Shown here in pieces: positions 14,491-26,120 of a stretch of DNA of 64,000 bases. The position numbers and the translations under genes were made by a program. Within the stretch, counting starts at the first letter, position 1. Each line of letters begins with the position of its first letter. The stretch is from the NCBI RefSeq assembly GCF_009914755.1, contig NC_060940.1. The stretch is one strand, 5' to 3'. This stretch comes from the human T2T-CHM13v2.0 reference genome, Homo sapiens. The notes under the pieces were generated by a model that saw nothing but the letters and a program-made list of their open reading frames with translations, had not been told where the DNA came from and did not search any database.

Positions 14491-14551
14491 GCATGACTGG
14501 AAAGTCCTTTCAGTGTTGGTGTAGTGGCATTATAGCATTTAAAGGTAGACG

Positions 14552-14783
<232 letters not shown>

Positions 14784-15474
14784 TTATAAACCTGATGACA
14801 TCACTAAACTGAACAGAGCATTATTGCCTTTAAGGCCTTCCACGGATTTAATGAGTTCCACCTAAGTTACGAAGGATAATCTGCCTTACTTAAAAATTAC
14901 ACAGTCTCTGTATGACTCTCCCTAGATTCCATCCCTCAATCTTCCTTGAGTGCTGTAGGTGGGCAACATTGTTGTATGGGGAAGTGTTGAAAGTTGGTAG
15001 CATGGGACTTGAAAATTTATTTAGATTTAGAGTTTAGAACTTCTGTATTAAAGCCTTTCATTCTGAAAAAGGCTTAGACCAGGGTGTTTATTGATTCCCA
15101 TGTTGGGGTGGTATATGCTATTTCTCCAGGACCAACTCCTGATCCCACTAAAAAAATTTACATTTCCTTCAGCATCTTCTCGTTCCAGTTACAAGGAGAG
15201 GCTTGTTCTGTAGCTATGGAAAAGTTTGACGTATGAACGGTGGCCAGATCACTGTGCAAATGCATATATGCCTATGCACATATATGTATATGTATGTGTA
15301 GGCATGCATGTATGTATTGTCAAAGAACGTATTCAATATTTCATAAGTTCTCAAAATATTTTCTGCTTTTTCCCCATCCCCCACAAAGGAATCGTTGAGA
15401 GGAGGCAAACTTTCTGGTTTCAAACCAAAGACTTTCCTAATATCTTACATGAACTGTATTTGTAGTTCATATCC

Positions 15475-15520
15475 CACACACACACACACACACACACAGA
15501 CACACACACAGACACATATA
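15475..15520. repeat. (CA)n microsatellite
   Basis: Directly visible. Confidence 0.95.
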
Positions 15521-15818
15521 CAGACAGCCAGATAGAGGGGGCACCATTCTGGCAGTGAAGAGACTAATAAGTTGCCAATATAGCAGTGTCTGTATCCCTA
15601 CAAGTTGACCTCAAGAAAAATCACTTCTCATATCTTTGATTTCAGCATCTGTAAAGTGAGCTGGCTGGCCTGGCTCATCTCTGAGGCTGTGTTAACTGTG
15701 GATAATCCTAAGAATCTAAGAGATTCACTTTACTTGGGTTCCTGTCCTGCCTTCTCCACCCCAGCTCAAACTCTGCGGTTTTGACTGACCAGCAGAGGCT
15801 CAGAATACACAATTCTGA

Positions 15819-16140
<322 letters not shown>

Positions 16141-16619
16141 AGAATACACAATCTTGAGCTTGGAACAGGGAAGTGAAAAAGCACAGCCATTCTCTTCCTT
16201 GGGTTAGAGGCTAGGGTCCCTTGTGCTAACGATGAGTCTTCGCTCTTTAAACTGCCTTAATTACTCTCTACTATTAGCCATATATCTGTTTCTTCTCACT
16301 GATCCATCAACTCTGTTTCCTAGATTGCTCTGTTTACCTAGTCTTCCTTCTTCCCAGTCTCAATTCTTTCTCAGTCCTAGAGCTTGTGATGTCTCCTCTT
16401 TCCATCATTACATGATACTGCATAGAACAGTCACCAGGACATAAAGTTAAGTGCTCAGTGAAAGTCAGCTATTGTTAGTGTTAGTTACTACTGCAAGCAC
16501 TCTCCTCCAATCACTTCTCCAACTTGTAAAAGTTAAATGAGAATCTGAATGTTTAGTTTGTGTGGATTATGAAAACCGACTCATCAACTCGAAGAACCCT
16601 GGTGATAGCACGATAGCAC

Positions 16620-17200
16620 CTAGCACAGTGGTTAAGGGTGAAGGGTTCTAGGACCAGACTAGCTGGGTTGATGTCAGGAGTTTATGACTTATTGACTAAG
16701 TGATCTTAGAAAAGGTACTTATCTTCTCTGCACCTCAGTTTCCTCGCCTATAAAATACAGGTGATAGGTTGGGCACAATGGTTCATGCCTGTAATCCCAG
16801 CACTTTGGGAAGCTGAGGCAGGTGGATCACTTGAGGCCAGGAGTTCAAGACCAGCCTCGCCAACATGGGGGGACCCCGTCTCTACTAAAAATACAAAAAT
16901 ATTAGGTGGGCATGGTGACTCATGCCTGTAATTCCAGCTACTCAGGAGGCTGAGCAGGAGAATCACTTCAACCCAGGAGGTGAAGGTTGCAGTGAGCCAA
17001 GATTGCACCAGTGCACTCCAGCCTGTCCAACAGTACAAGATGTTGTCTTAAAAAAATAAAATAAGATAAAATACAGGTGATGATTATTATATCATGTTAC
17101 CTATCTTCTAGTATGGTGTTAAATTAAAATGAGTTGTTTCACATCAAAGGGTTGGATCACTGGCTGACATATAAACTAAGTTTCAATAAATTGTAACTGC
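16620..17200 (+). mobile_element. MIR split by an Alu
   Basis: GCACAGTGGTTAAG...CTCTGCACCTCAGTTTCCTC...TAAAAT core. Confidence 0.75.
16767..17066 (+). mobile_element. AluS
   Basis: Full dimer; TSD ATAAAATACAGGTGAT. Confidence 0.95.
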
Positions 17201-17397
17201 TATCCATCTATTATGAGATACTTTTACCTTCTCAGATTTGTAAAGATTTTATCTCTTGGGTTTCTCATCCATTAGACTCCCTTGCCACCATAAAACGGAA
17301 AGGCAGAAATAATCTAAATTTGTCTGACAGAATAAACTTATTAAAGTACAAATATGGGCCAGAAAGTCATGAGACTTTAAAGGGAAAAGAAAACTCT

Positions 17398-17572
17398 CAG
17401 TAGTGTTTGTTAAAGTGAGTTCCATGGGCCCCTTAGAGGAGAATCACCAGGGTTACTTGTGAAAACACAGGGTCTCTGAGACCTGCTCCAAATCTTCTGA
17501 ATTACCTTCTCTGGATGGGACGCTAGAATCTGCACGCACCATTAGGCCGGTTGATTCTGAGACACTCTGAGA
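17398..17572. mobile_element. MER5-type hAT-Charlie MITE
   Basis: CAGTAGTG...GAATCACCAGGG...CTTGTGAAAA...GAATCTGCA...TGATTCTGA motifs. Confidence 0.55.
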
Positions 17573-17987
17573 AAACTAAAATCAGAGTTGTACCTATAGT
17601 AACGACAACAGGAGGAGGCCAACGGCAGGAGGAAGCCACAGAATGATTTGACAGAGGAAGAACTCACAGAACTTGGCAAAGACCGGCTTGTAGGAGTGAG
17701 AAAGAGGAAGGTCAGCTTTGCAGTCCCTGCTATGTGGCATTTAAGTAAGGCTCCTGCTGCTCGAGTGGTAATGATGGCTCTCACGTATTCATTCCTCACT
17801 GTGTGCAAACTACGTGCTTGCTATTACCTCACTGAATCCTCACGATACCTTCCTGAGGTTTTTAATGTTTTAATAGAAATGATGAGTTGGAGCCAGTGTG
17901 CATCAGCTCATTGGAGTTGACCTTGCACAGTGCCTCCTACCTTTGCATTCACCCATGTTACACTGGTAACTTAAAGTCAACCATGAT

Positions 17988-18278
17988 GGTTGGGCACGGT
18001 GACTCACGCGTGTAATCCCAGCACTTTGGGAGGCTGAAAAAGGTGGACCACCTGAGGTCAGAAGTTCAAGACCAGCCTGGCCAACATGGTGAAACCCCAC
18101 CTCTACTAAAAATACAAAAATTTGTGGGGCGTGGTGGCAGGCGCCTGTAATCCAAGCCCCTCGAGAGGCTGAGGCAGGAGAATCGCTTGAACCCAGGAGG
18201 CGGAGGTTGCAGTGAGCTGAGATCATGACACTGCAGTCAAGCCTGAGCAACACAGTGAGATTCCATCTCAAAAAAACA
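17988..18278 (+). mobile_element. AluS
   Basis: Full dimer; TSD AAAGTCAACCATGAT/AAAGTCAGCCATGGT. Confidence 0.95.
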
Positions 18279-18487
18279 AAGTCAGCCATGGTGGGAATAT
18301 TTACACCACTAAAATTGGCAAATATTACAAACTAGGTCCTTTTTTTTCTTTTTTTGAAATCCATGTATTAAACCTTAGCAGGACACCACTAAACGTAAGT
18401 TCCATGAAGACAGTGACACCATTTGTGGGGTTTTTTGTTCTTTTTTTTTTTAACCCTCGCAACTGGGGTTTAAAAACTCCTGGGCTC

Positions 18488-18883
<396 letters not shown>

Positions 18884-18940
18884 TTAATATCCTCATTTTT
18901 AACTCAGAAAACTGAGGCTCAGAGGTGTTGTCACTTGAAG

Positions 18941-19372
18941 TGTTACCAGTGGAGGGTGTCTAGGTTCTTGGCATTTTGAACAAAGAATTGGACAAAAACA
19001 CACAAAGCAAGGAAAGAATGAAGCAATAAAAGCAGAGATGTATTGAAAACGAAAGTATACTCCACAGGGTCGCAGCAGGCCCAAGCATAGGGGCTCAAGG
19101 GCCCAGATACAGAATCTTCTCTGGTCCAAACCCGCTAGAGGTTTCCCATTGGCCGCTTGGAGCTCAGCTCATGTAAATTAAGAGAGGGCCAGCCACCAGT
19201 CTGATTGGTTGTGAAAAGCAACCAACCAGAGGCTGAAGCGAAAGTACCTCTGCTTGGTTGCAAAAATCAACCAATCAGAGGTACTTTCAATTTGCCATCT
19301 ACCTCGCAGAAAAGGAAGTCGGCGTGACACCGCCTTAGGTTTCCTGCCTCCAGACCCTATTCTCCGGCCTCG
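18941..19372 (-). mobile_element. MER51-family ERV1 solo LTR, inserted in a MIR
   Basis: TGTTACCAGTGGAGGGTGTC...CCTCCAGACCCTATTCTCC; perfect TSD GAAG. Confidence 0.85.
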
Positions 19373-19468
19373 GAAGGTTACCCAGCTAATACCTAAATTC
19401 TACACTGCCACAAACACAGAAAGGAGGCCCAGGGAGGGAAATGCCCTCAGACATTTCAAGCATCCCTC

Positions 19469-20088
19469 TGAAACGGCTACGTTGTCTGGGGTATATACCC
19501 TGGGGTTCGTTGTCCGGCACCAAGAAAGAATTCATGACACGGACACATGTGGGTGGGTTAAGGAGTGGAACGTTTAATAGACAGAAGAAAGGAGAGAGGA
19601 GAGCAGCTCTGAGAGAGAGCGAAGAGAGAGGAGAGAGGTCTAAAAAAGGAGGGAGGCTTTGGACCACAGCCGATTTTACAGGCAGGCTAGAGACGACAGT
19701 GTCTGATTTGCATACCGTTCACAGATTGGTTCGAACAGGTATGACGTTTACATAGCGTGTGAGGAAGGCTGTTCGCCTCACCCTAATCTTATTATGCAAA
19801 AGAGCTTTCCAGATGATCGGTGCCATCTTCTCTGCTCTTTATTGTACACGTGGCTGACAAAGAGAAGGGAAGATGGTGCCACCATCTTGAACATGTCTAG
19901 TTGCTAGTACCTGCCGGCATTCACTCGTGCAAACTCCCCCAACTTGCTTGTCTATGTCTCCAGCTCAACTTTACAGGCTGCTCTTTGTGAGAAAATGATT
20001 TGAAGATGCTTTTCATTAAACAGAAAAGCCTTACCGAGGACTCCCACACCCTTACTGTTTAAGTGATTTCCTCTTAACTCATATATCA
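19469..20088 (-). mobile_element. LTR9-family ERV1 solo LTR
   Basis: TGAAACGGCTACGTTGTCTGGGGTA...CTTACCGAGGACTCCC...CTTAACTCATATATCA; perfect TSD CCTC. Confidence 0.85.
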
Positions 20089-20709
20089 CCTCAGAAAGGA
20101 CTCTATGGGAGAATCACCACGATCAAGACCCAGGACAGCTCGGGGAACTACAGGTCTCAAGAGAGCCAGCTTGTTTTACAATGACACGTGCCCCTCCATG
20201 ACATGTGTTTGACAAAAATAAATTCTCTCTGGGCCTACAACTACTTAATTAGGCTATACTCAAATATCTCCAGACTTCAAAACGACAATGGAAGCAGATT
20301 AAAGCCAATCCCAGCCAACAGGAAGGGGTAGGGTTGCTGCTAGCAGTATTTCCTCTTTGCTCAGTAACCGACCTCTGGCCCTACATCTGTATTATTCGTC
20401 CAGGAGGATGGTCATGTTTAAAGGATTCCTTCTGATAAGGAAGGAATCTGATAAGGGGTTTCTATTCAGACCCTCCTAAACTACAAAAAGAAAAAAAAAA
20501 TCATAATTTTGCATCAAGTTGGGTTCTATATTTTATTTTTACTGAGGTTTTGGGGTGGAGACAAAGCAGGCTTGGAAAATTGGATTTGATAAAAGAAGCA
20601 GGTACCTAATTGGTTTGATGACTTTTTGATGGGGGGAGTCAATTATACAGTATTGTTAATTAATCGGTCTTATTTTTGAGACACACCAACCAACTTGCAG
20701 GGAACGGAC

Positions 20710-20895
20710 CAAGTATTTATTAAGCACTACTGTGTACCAGGCATAGTGCAATGTGGCCTATATGTTACCTCTTATTCACATGAAAATGATGTAAAGTTTG
20801 ATGTTATTAACTCCTATTTTATGGTGAGGAAACTGCACACTGGAGGAGTTTCATGCCTTGCCCAAGGTCATATGGCTAGTGAGTGACAGAACTGA
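20710..20895 (-). mobile_element. MIR
   Basis: ATTTATTAAGCACTACTGTGTACCAGGCA...GAGGAAACTG...CTTGCCCAAGGTCA. Confidence 0.8.
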
Positions 20896-20901
20896 AGAAG
20901 C

Positions 20902-21182
20902 AGCCAGGAGCAGTGGCTCAGGCCTGTAATCCCAGCACTTTAGGAGCCTGAGGCAGAGGATTGCTTGAACACAGGAATTTAAGACCAGCCTGGGGAACAT
21001 AGTGAGACTCCATCTCTACAGAAAATAAAAACTTAGCTGGGTATGGTGGTGCACGCACGTGGTCCACGCTACTCAGAAGGTTGAGGTGGGATGATCTCTT
21101 GAGCCCAGAAGACTGAGGCTGCAGGGAGCTATGATTGTACCACTGCACTGCAGCCTGGATGACAAAGCAAGAACCCTGTCTC
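20902..21182 (+). mobile_element. AluJ lacking its poly(A) tail
   Basis: AluJ diagnostics (GGATTGCTTGA, CATAGTGAGAC, GAGCTATGAT); ends at CCCTGTCTC. Confidence 0.9.
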
Positions 21183-21240
21183 ACATTCAAAACTGTCCTG
21201 GACTGCATGCGGCCCACAGGCTGCAGGTTGAACAAGCTTG
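21182..21240 (+). mobile_element. MER30 (hAT-Charlie) 3' fragment
   Basis: CACATTCAAAACTGTCCTGGACTGCATGCGGCCCACAGGCTGCAGGTTGAACAAGCTTG matches the recalled MER30 terminus. Confidence 0.8.
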
Positions 21241-21322
21241 GTCAGAATCTGGGCCAGGACTTCCCATCAACAGATTTTCCCTGAACAGAATCTGAAGGAA
21301 GCAATGCTGGACTTTGGTCTAT

Positions 21323-21424
21323 GCAGTGGCTCTCAACTGAAAGGAGAGGCAGTGGTGGTGTGATTTTTGTCCCTACCCCACTCCCAGGAGATACTTGACA
21401 ATGTCTGGAAATGCTTTCTGTTAT
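21323..21424 (+). mobile_element. MER20 5' fragment
   Basis: CAGTGGCTCTCAAC...GTGATTTTTG...CCAGGAGATACTTGACAATGTCTGGA. Confidence 0.65.
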
Positions 21425-21690
21425 TGTCAGAGGCCTTTGAACCACAGCAACTGCATTTTGAGTGAGGGCTGGAAAATGAGGTAGTGACTTGCTGGGCTGC
21501 TTTCCCAGAAAGTTAGGCATTCTGAGCCTCTAAATGTGTACGTTTAAGGGAACAAATAAATGAGGTTTACTAAGCAGACCCAGACTTGGGAGTGTCCAGA
21601 TATCCCAGTATCTGGAGAAAAAAACATTCCTAATTTTGCTTTAAAGATAATATCGATTCTTGCAAAATATAGTAATTAAGAAAAGTAAAT
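21425..21690 (+). mobile_element. MER41-family ERV1 LTR, 5' part only
   Basis: TGTCAGAGGCCTTTGAACCACAGCAACT...GATTCTTGCAAAATATAGTAATTAAGAAA; the 3' half is missing. Confidence 0.8.
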
Positions 21691-22027
21691 AAGAAAATAT
21701 AAATATAATATATATAGTAATTAAGAAAATATAAATAAATATACATATGTGTGTATATATATAGAGATACATATATGCGTATATAAGTATATATACACAT
21801 ATATAAGTATATATGTAAGTATATATATACACACGTATATAAGTATATATGTGTATATATACACACACATATATAAGTATATATATGTACTTATATATAA
21901 GTATATATATATATACTTATATATAAGTATATATATATACTTATATATAAGTATATATATATATACTTATATATACTTATATGTATATATAAGTATATAT
22001 ATGTGTGTGTATATATATATATATATA
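21690..22027. repeat. Complex (TA)-rich repeat containing an 84-bp perfect palindrome
   Basis: Alternating AAGTA/TACTT units within (TA)n. Confidence 0.95.
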
Positions 22028-22409
22028 GTGTTCTCTATCAACTCACTGGCATTAAAATTTCTGACTTTGAGCTTCTTCACTTTTGTTAAGAATTAAAACA
22101 AAGCAGTCTTTAAAAAGGAAATTAAAACAAAACTTTAATGTTTTTATTACCAAAGTAATATGTGTTCATTGCTAAAAATTTAGGAAATAGAAGCAAAGAG
22201 AGGCAAATAAAATTCTATGGCCAACCCTTCACCAAGAAATAACTGTTTATCATATTTTGGAAAACAAACTTCAAGTGTTTTTTTTTTTTAAATAAATACT
22301 TAGGTAAATGAAATTATTCAAAGAGGCCCTGCAATAATCAGGAAGGCATGCAAATTGCAGCAAATATAATAAACATAATAAATAACAGTAGCAACAGTAG
22401 CAGAACTGC

Positions 22410-22570
22410 AAGCTAACATTTCTGTAGTACAGCTTCTATGCCAGATGCTCTTTTAAGCCATTTACATTTAGGAATTAATCCTCTCAACAACTCTACGAGG
22501 TGGGTGTTATTATAGTTCCCATTTTCAAGATGAGAACACTGGTACAAGATAGACCATATTGGAAAGGACC
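22410..22570 (-). mobile_element. MIR
   Basis: TAATCCTCTCAACAACTCTACGAGGTGGGTG...CCCATTTTCAAGATGAGAACACTG. Confidence 0.75.
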
Positions 22571-22654
22571 AAGCTTACCTGTAGCTTCTCAGGAATGCAC
22601 CTGATGTCTGCAAGATGAGGCAAGCATTCCTTCCGCTTTCTTCCAGTCACCTTT

Positions 22655-23709
22655 TGAAACCACCATGGCAAGATTATAACTGAGAAAATTATAATAGTTA
22701 AAGAGATTTGCCCTGGCCGAGCGCGGTGACTCACACCTGTAATCCCAGCACTTTGGGAGGCCGAGGAGGGCGGATCATGAGGTCAGGAGATCAAGACCAT
22801 CCTGGCTAACACGGTGAAACCCCATCTCTATTAAAAGCACAAAAAATTAGCCGGGCGTGATGGCGGGCGCCTGTAGACCCAGCTACTCAGGAGGCTGAGG
22901 CAGGAAAATGGCGCGAACCTGGGAGGCGGGGCTTGCAGTGAGCCAGAGTTCGCGCCGCTGCACTCCAGCCTGGATGACAGAGCGAAACTATGTCTCAAAA
23001 AAAAAAAAAAATCTGCCCTAACCAACTCCATCTTGCTTCTAGATTTCTAGATTAGAGTCTAACCTGTCCTTGTTCATTCTTGGGTGTAGGCCAAACTAAC
23101 TTTGAGAGGAACTTACTCATAGTTTAACTTTGAAACAAAGAGGACAACAGCCCTTTTCCAAAACAAAACCCCCTTCCTGCCTGAGGACTAGACTTCCTTT
23201 GTAGGGCTAACAAATTAGCCACAAGATTACAAATTCTGGTTTAGGAGTCATGTAGCTGGAGGCTACAAGGTTCTGACCCTCCCCAAATTGCTCCCGGGGA
23301 GAGCAACACTGTTGTAAAACCTAAGATCCGTGCTTGAGATATTTTGCAGACTTTGCACTTGATGGATCAGCTGGTACCACCTAGATGGATAAACTGGCTC
23401 ATCTGGTCTTATGGCCCCCAAACCAGGAACTGACTGAGCAGAAGAAGACAGCTTCGACTCCCTGTGATTTCATCTCCTGCCCAACCAATCAGCACTCCCA
23501 ACTCACTGGCTGTCCCCCATCCACAAAATTATCCTTAAAGACTCCTATCCCAGAATGCTCAGGGAGACTGATTTGAGTCACAATAAAACCCAGATCTACC
23601 AAACAGCCAGCTCTGCATAAATTAAACTCTTTCCCTATGGCAATTCCCCTGTTTTGATAAATTAGCTGTGTCTAGGCAGCGGGCAAGGTGAACCCCTTGG
23701 GTGGTTACA
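22655..23709 (+). mobile_element. LTR8/LTR8A ERV1 solo LTR (AluY inserted)
   Basis: TGAAACCACC...GGCAAGGTGAACCCCTTGGGTGGTTACA; perfect TSD CTTT. Confidence 0.88.
22715..23011 (+). mobile_element. AluY
   Basis: GAGATCAAGACCATCCTGGCTAACACGGTG; TSD about AGATTTGCCCT/AAATCTGCCCT. Confidence 0.95.
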
Positions 23710-23746
23710 CTTTTTGTATAACTTCTCACTTCCTGATACTAAAAGC

Positions 23747-24005
23747 TGTATTACTTTACCTGGCTGCTGTAATAAATTGACCATGCACCCCATGGCTTAA
23801 AACAACAGAAATTTATTATCTCAAGTGTTGGAGGTCAGAAGTCAGTATCGCTGTGCCACCAGGGCTATGCTCCCCCAAAAAAGCTCTAAGGGAGAATTTA
23901 TCTTTCGTCTGTTCCAGTTTCTGGGAGCTGTCAGCATTCCGTGGTTTATGGCCCCATCTCTCTCTACTACATCCTCAGATTGCATTCTTCTCTGTGGGTT
24001 CCTCC
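23747..24005 (-). mobile_element. MLT1-family LTR fragment
   Basis: TGTATTAC...GGCTTAAAACAACAGAAATTTATT...GGAGGTCAGAAGTC. Confidence 0.75.
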
Positions 24006-24496
24006 AAAACTTCTCTCCCTCCACCTTTATTACTTCTTGCATTTCTAGTCTCCCCCGAGCTTCTCAGCTTTGTCTTGTCCCAAGTCCTCTAGGCTGTAAA
24101 TCTCATTTCATGTGTCCACCCCTGCACTCCACCTCATCTATCTGTTTGGCTCTGCTTCAAAGCATTGTTCTTGGAAGGAAATTCAGATTTCTCTTGCTAA
24201 CGCTGGCTGCTTCTCACAGCATAACTCAAGGCTCATTCCCTGTGAAGAGAGAGGGTGGAGAACAATGGCTGAAGAGTGCAAAGAGAGGCAAAGGAATTTG
24301 ATTTCCTTCTTTCACAGTGACTTTTGTTATTTTCCTGCCAATTAACTCACTTGGCCAAGAAAAAATTTATTAAATCAGCTCGGCACCACTTTTAGCCATC
24401 CTGAACTTCTCTTTAGCACGACTGAAGAAGAAATATTTCTCAGGGAGAAGAGCAATTACTTGTTGAGAGAGTCAATCCTTTAAAAAAAAAAATCTC

Positions 24497-26077
24497 CTCC
24501 CTCTCCCTCTCCCTCTCCCTCTCCCCTCTCCCCTCGCCCCTCTCCCCTCGCCCCTCTCCCACTCCCTCTCCCCACGGTCTCCCTCTCCCTGTCTTTCCAC
24601 GGTCTCCCGCTGATGCCGAGCCAAAGCTGGACTGTACTGCTGCCATCTCGGCTCACTGCAACCTCCCTGCCTGATTCTCCTGCCTCAGCCTGCTGAGTGC
24701 CTGCGATTGCAGGCGCACGCCGCCACGCCTGGCTGGTTTTTGTATTTTTTTGGTGGAGACGGGTTTTCGCTGTGTTGGCCAGGCAGGTCTCCAGCTCCTA
24801 ACCGCCAGTGATCTGCCAGCCTCGGCCTCCCGAGGTGCCGGGATTGCAGACGGAGTCTCATTCACTCAGTGCTCAATGGTGCCCAGGCTGGGGTGCAGTG
24901 GCGTGATCTCGGCTCGCTACAACCTCCACCTCCCAGCCGCCTGCCTTGGCCTCCCAAAGTGCCAAGATTGCAGCCTTTTCCCGGCCGCCATCCTGTCTAG
25001 GAAGTGAGGAGCGTCTCTGCCCGGCCGCCCATCGTCTGGGATGTGAGGAGACCCTCTGCCTGGCTGCCCAGTCTGGAAAGTGAGGAGCGTCTCTGCCCGG
25101 CCGCCATCCCATCTAGGAAGTGAGGAGCGTCTCTGCCAGGCCGCCATCCTGTCTAGGAAGCGAGGAGCGTCTCTGCCCGGCCGCCCATCGTCTGGGATGT
25201 GAGGAGACCCTCTGCCTGGCTGCCCAGTCTGGAAAGGGAGGAGCGCCTCTTCCCGGCCGCCATCCCATCTAGGAAGTGACCAGCGCCTCTTCCCGGCCGC
25301 CATCCCTTCTAGGAAGTGAGGAGCGTCTCTGCCCGGCCGCCCGTTGTCTGAGATGTGGGGAGCGTCTCTGCCCGGCCGCCCCATCTGAGAGGTGAGGAGC
25401 GTCTCCGCCCGGCAGCCACCCCGTCCAGCCAGCCGCCCCGTCCGGGAGGGAGGTGGGGGGGTCAGCCCCCCGCCCGGCCAGCCGCCCCCTCAGGGAGGTG
25501 AGGGGCGCCTCTGCCCGGCCGCCCCTACTGGGAAGTGAGGAGCCCCTCTGCCCGGCCACCACCCCGTCTGGGAGGTGTACCCAACAGCTCATTGAGAAGG
25601 GGCCATGATGACAATGGAGGTTTTGTGGAATAGAAAAGGGGGAAAGGTGGGGAAAACATTGAGAAATCGGATGGTTGCCGTGTCTGTGTAGAAAGAGGTA
25701 GACATGGGAGACTTCATTTTGTTCTGTACTAAGAAAAATTCTTCTGCTTTGGGATCCTGTTGATCTGTGAACTTACCCCCAACCCCGTGCTCTCTGAAAC
25801 ATGTGCTGTGTCCACTCAGGGTTAAATGGATTAAGGGCAGTGCAAGATGTGCTTTGTTAAACAGATGCTTGAAGGCAGCAGGCTCGTTAAGAGTCATCAC
25901 CACTCCCTAATCTCAAGTATCCAGGGACACAAACACTGCGGAAGGCCGCAGGGACCTCTGCCTAGGAAAACCAGAGACCTTTGTTCACTTGTTTATCTGC
26001 CGACCTTCCCTCCACTATTGTCCTATGACCCTGCCAAATCCCTCTCTGTGAGAAACACCCAAGAATGATCAATTAAA
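24497..26077 (+). mobile_element. Full-length SVA retrotransposon (SVA_D-like)
   Basis: (CCCTCT)n hexamer, Alu-like domain, GC-rich VNTR, SINE-R and A-tail; TSD AAAAAAAAAAATCTC (24482-24496 / 26078-26092). Confidence 0.97.
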
Positions 26078-26120
26078 AAAAAAAAAAATCTCATCCCTCT
26101 GATTTTCTAATCCCTCTCTT

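Noticed and set aside
21630-22096. Tyr/Ile-rich ORFs
   Set aside because: These are translations of the (TA)n repeat.
24550-25570. CpG island / gene promoter
   Set aside because: The GC and CpG richness is fully explained by the young SVA.
24980-25580. Regularly spaced ~40-bp repeats resembling a CRISPR array
   Set aside because: This is the SVA VNTR: there are no unique spacers, the context is eukaryotic and there are no cas genes.
24917-25592. Repetitive GRPGRDAPH ORFs
   Set aside because: These are antisense translations of the SVA VNTR, not a gene.
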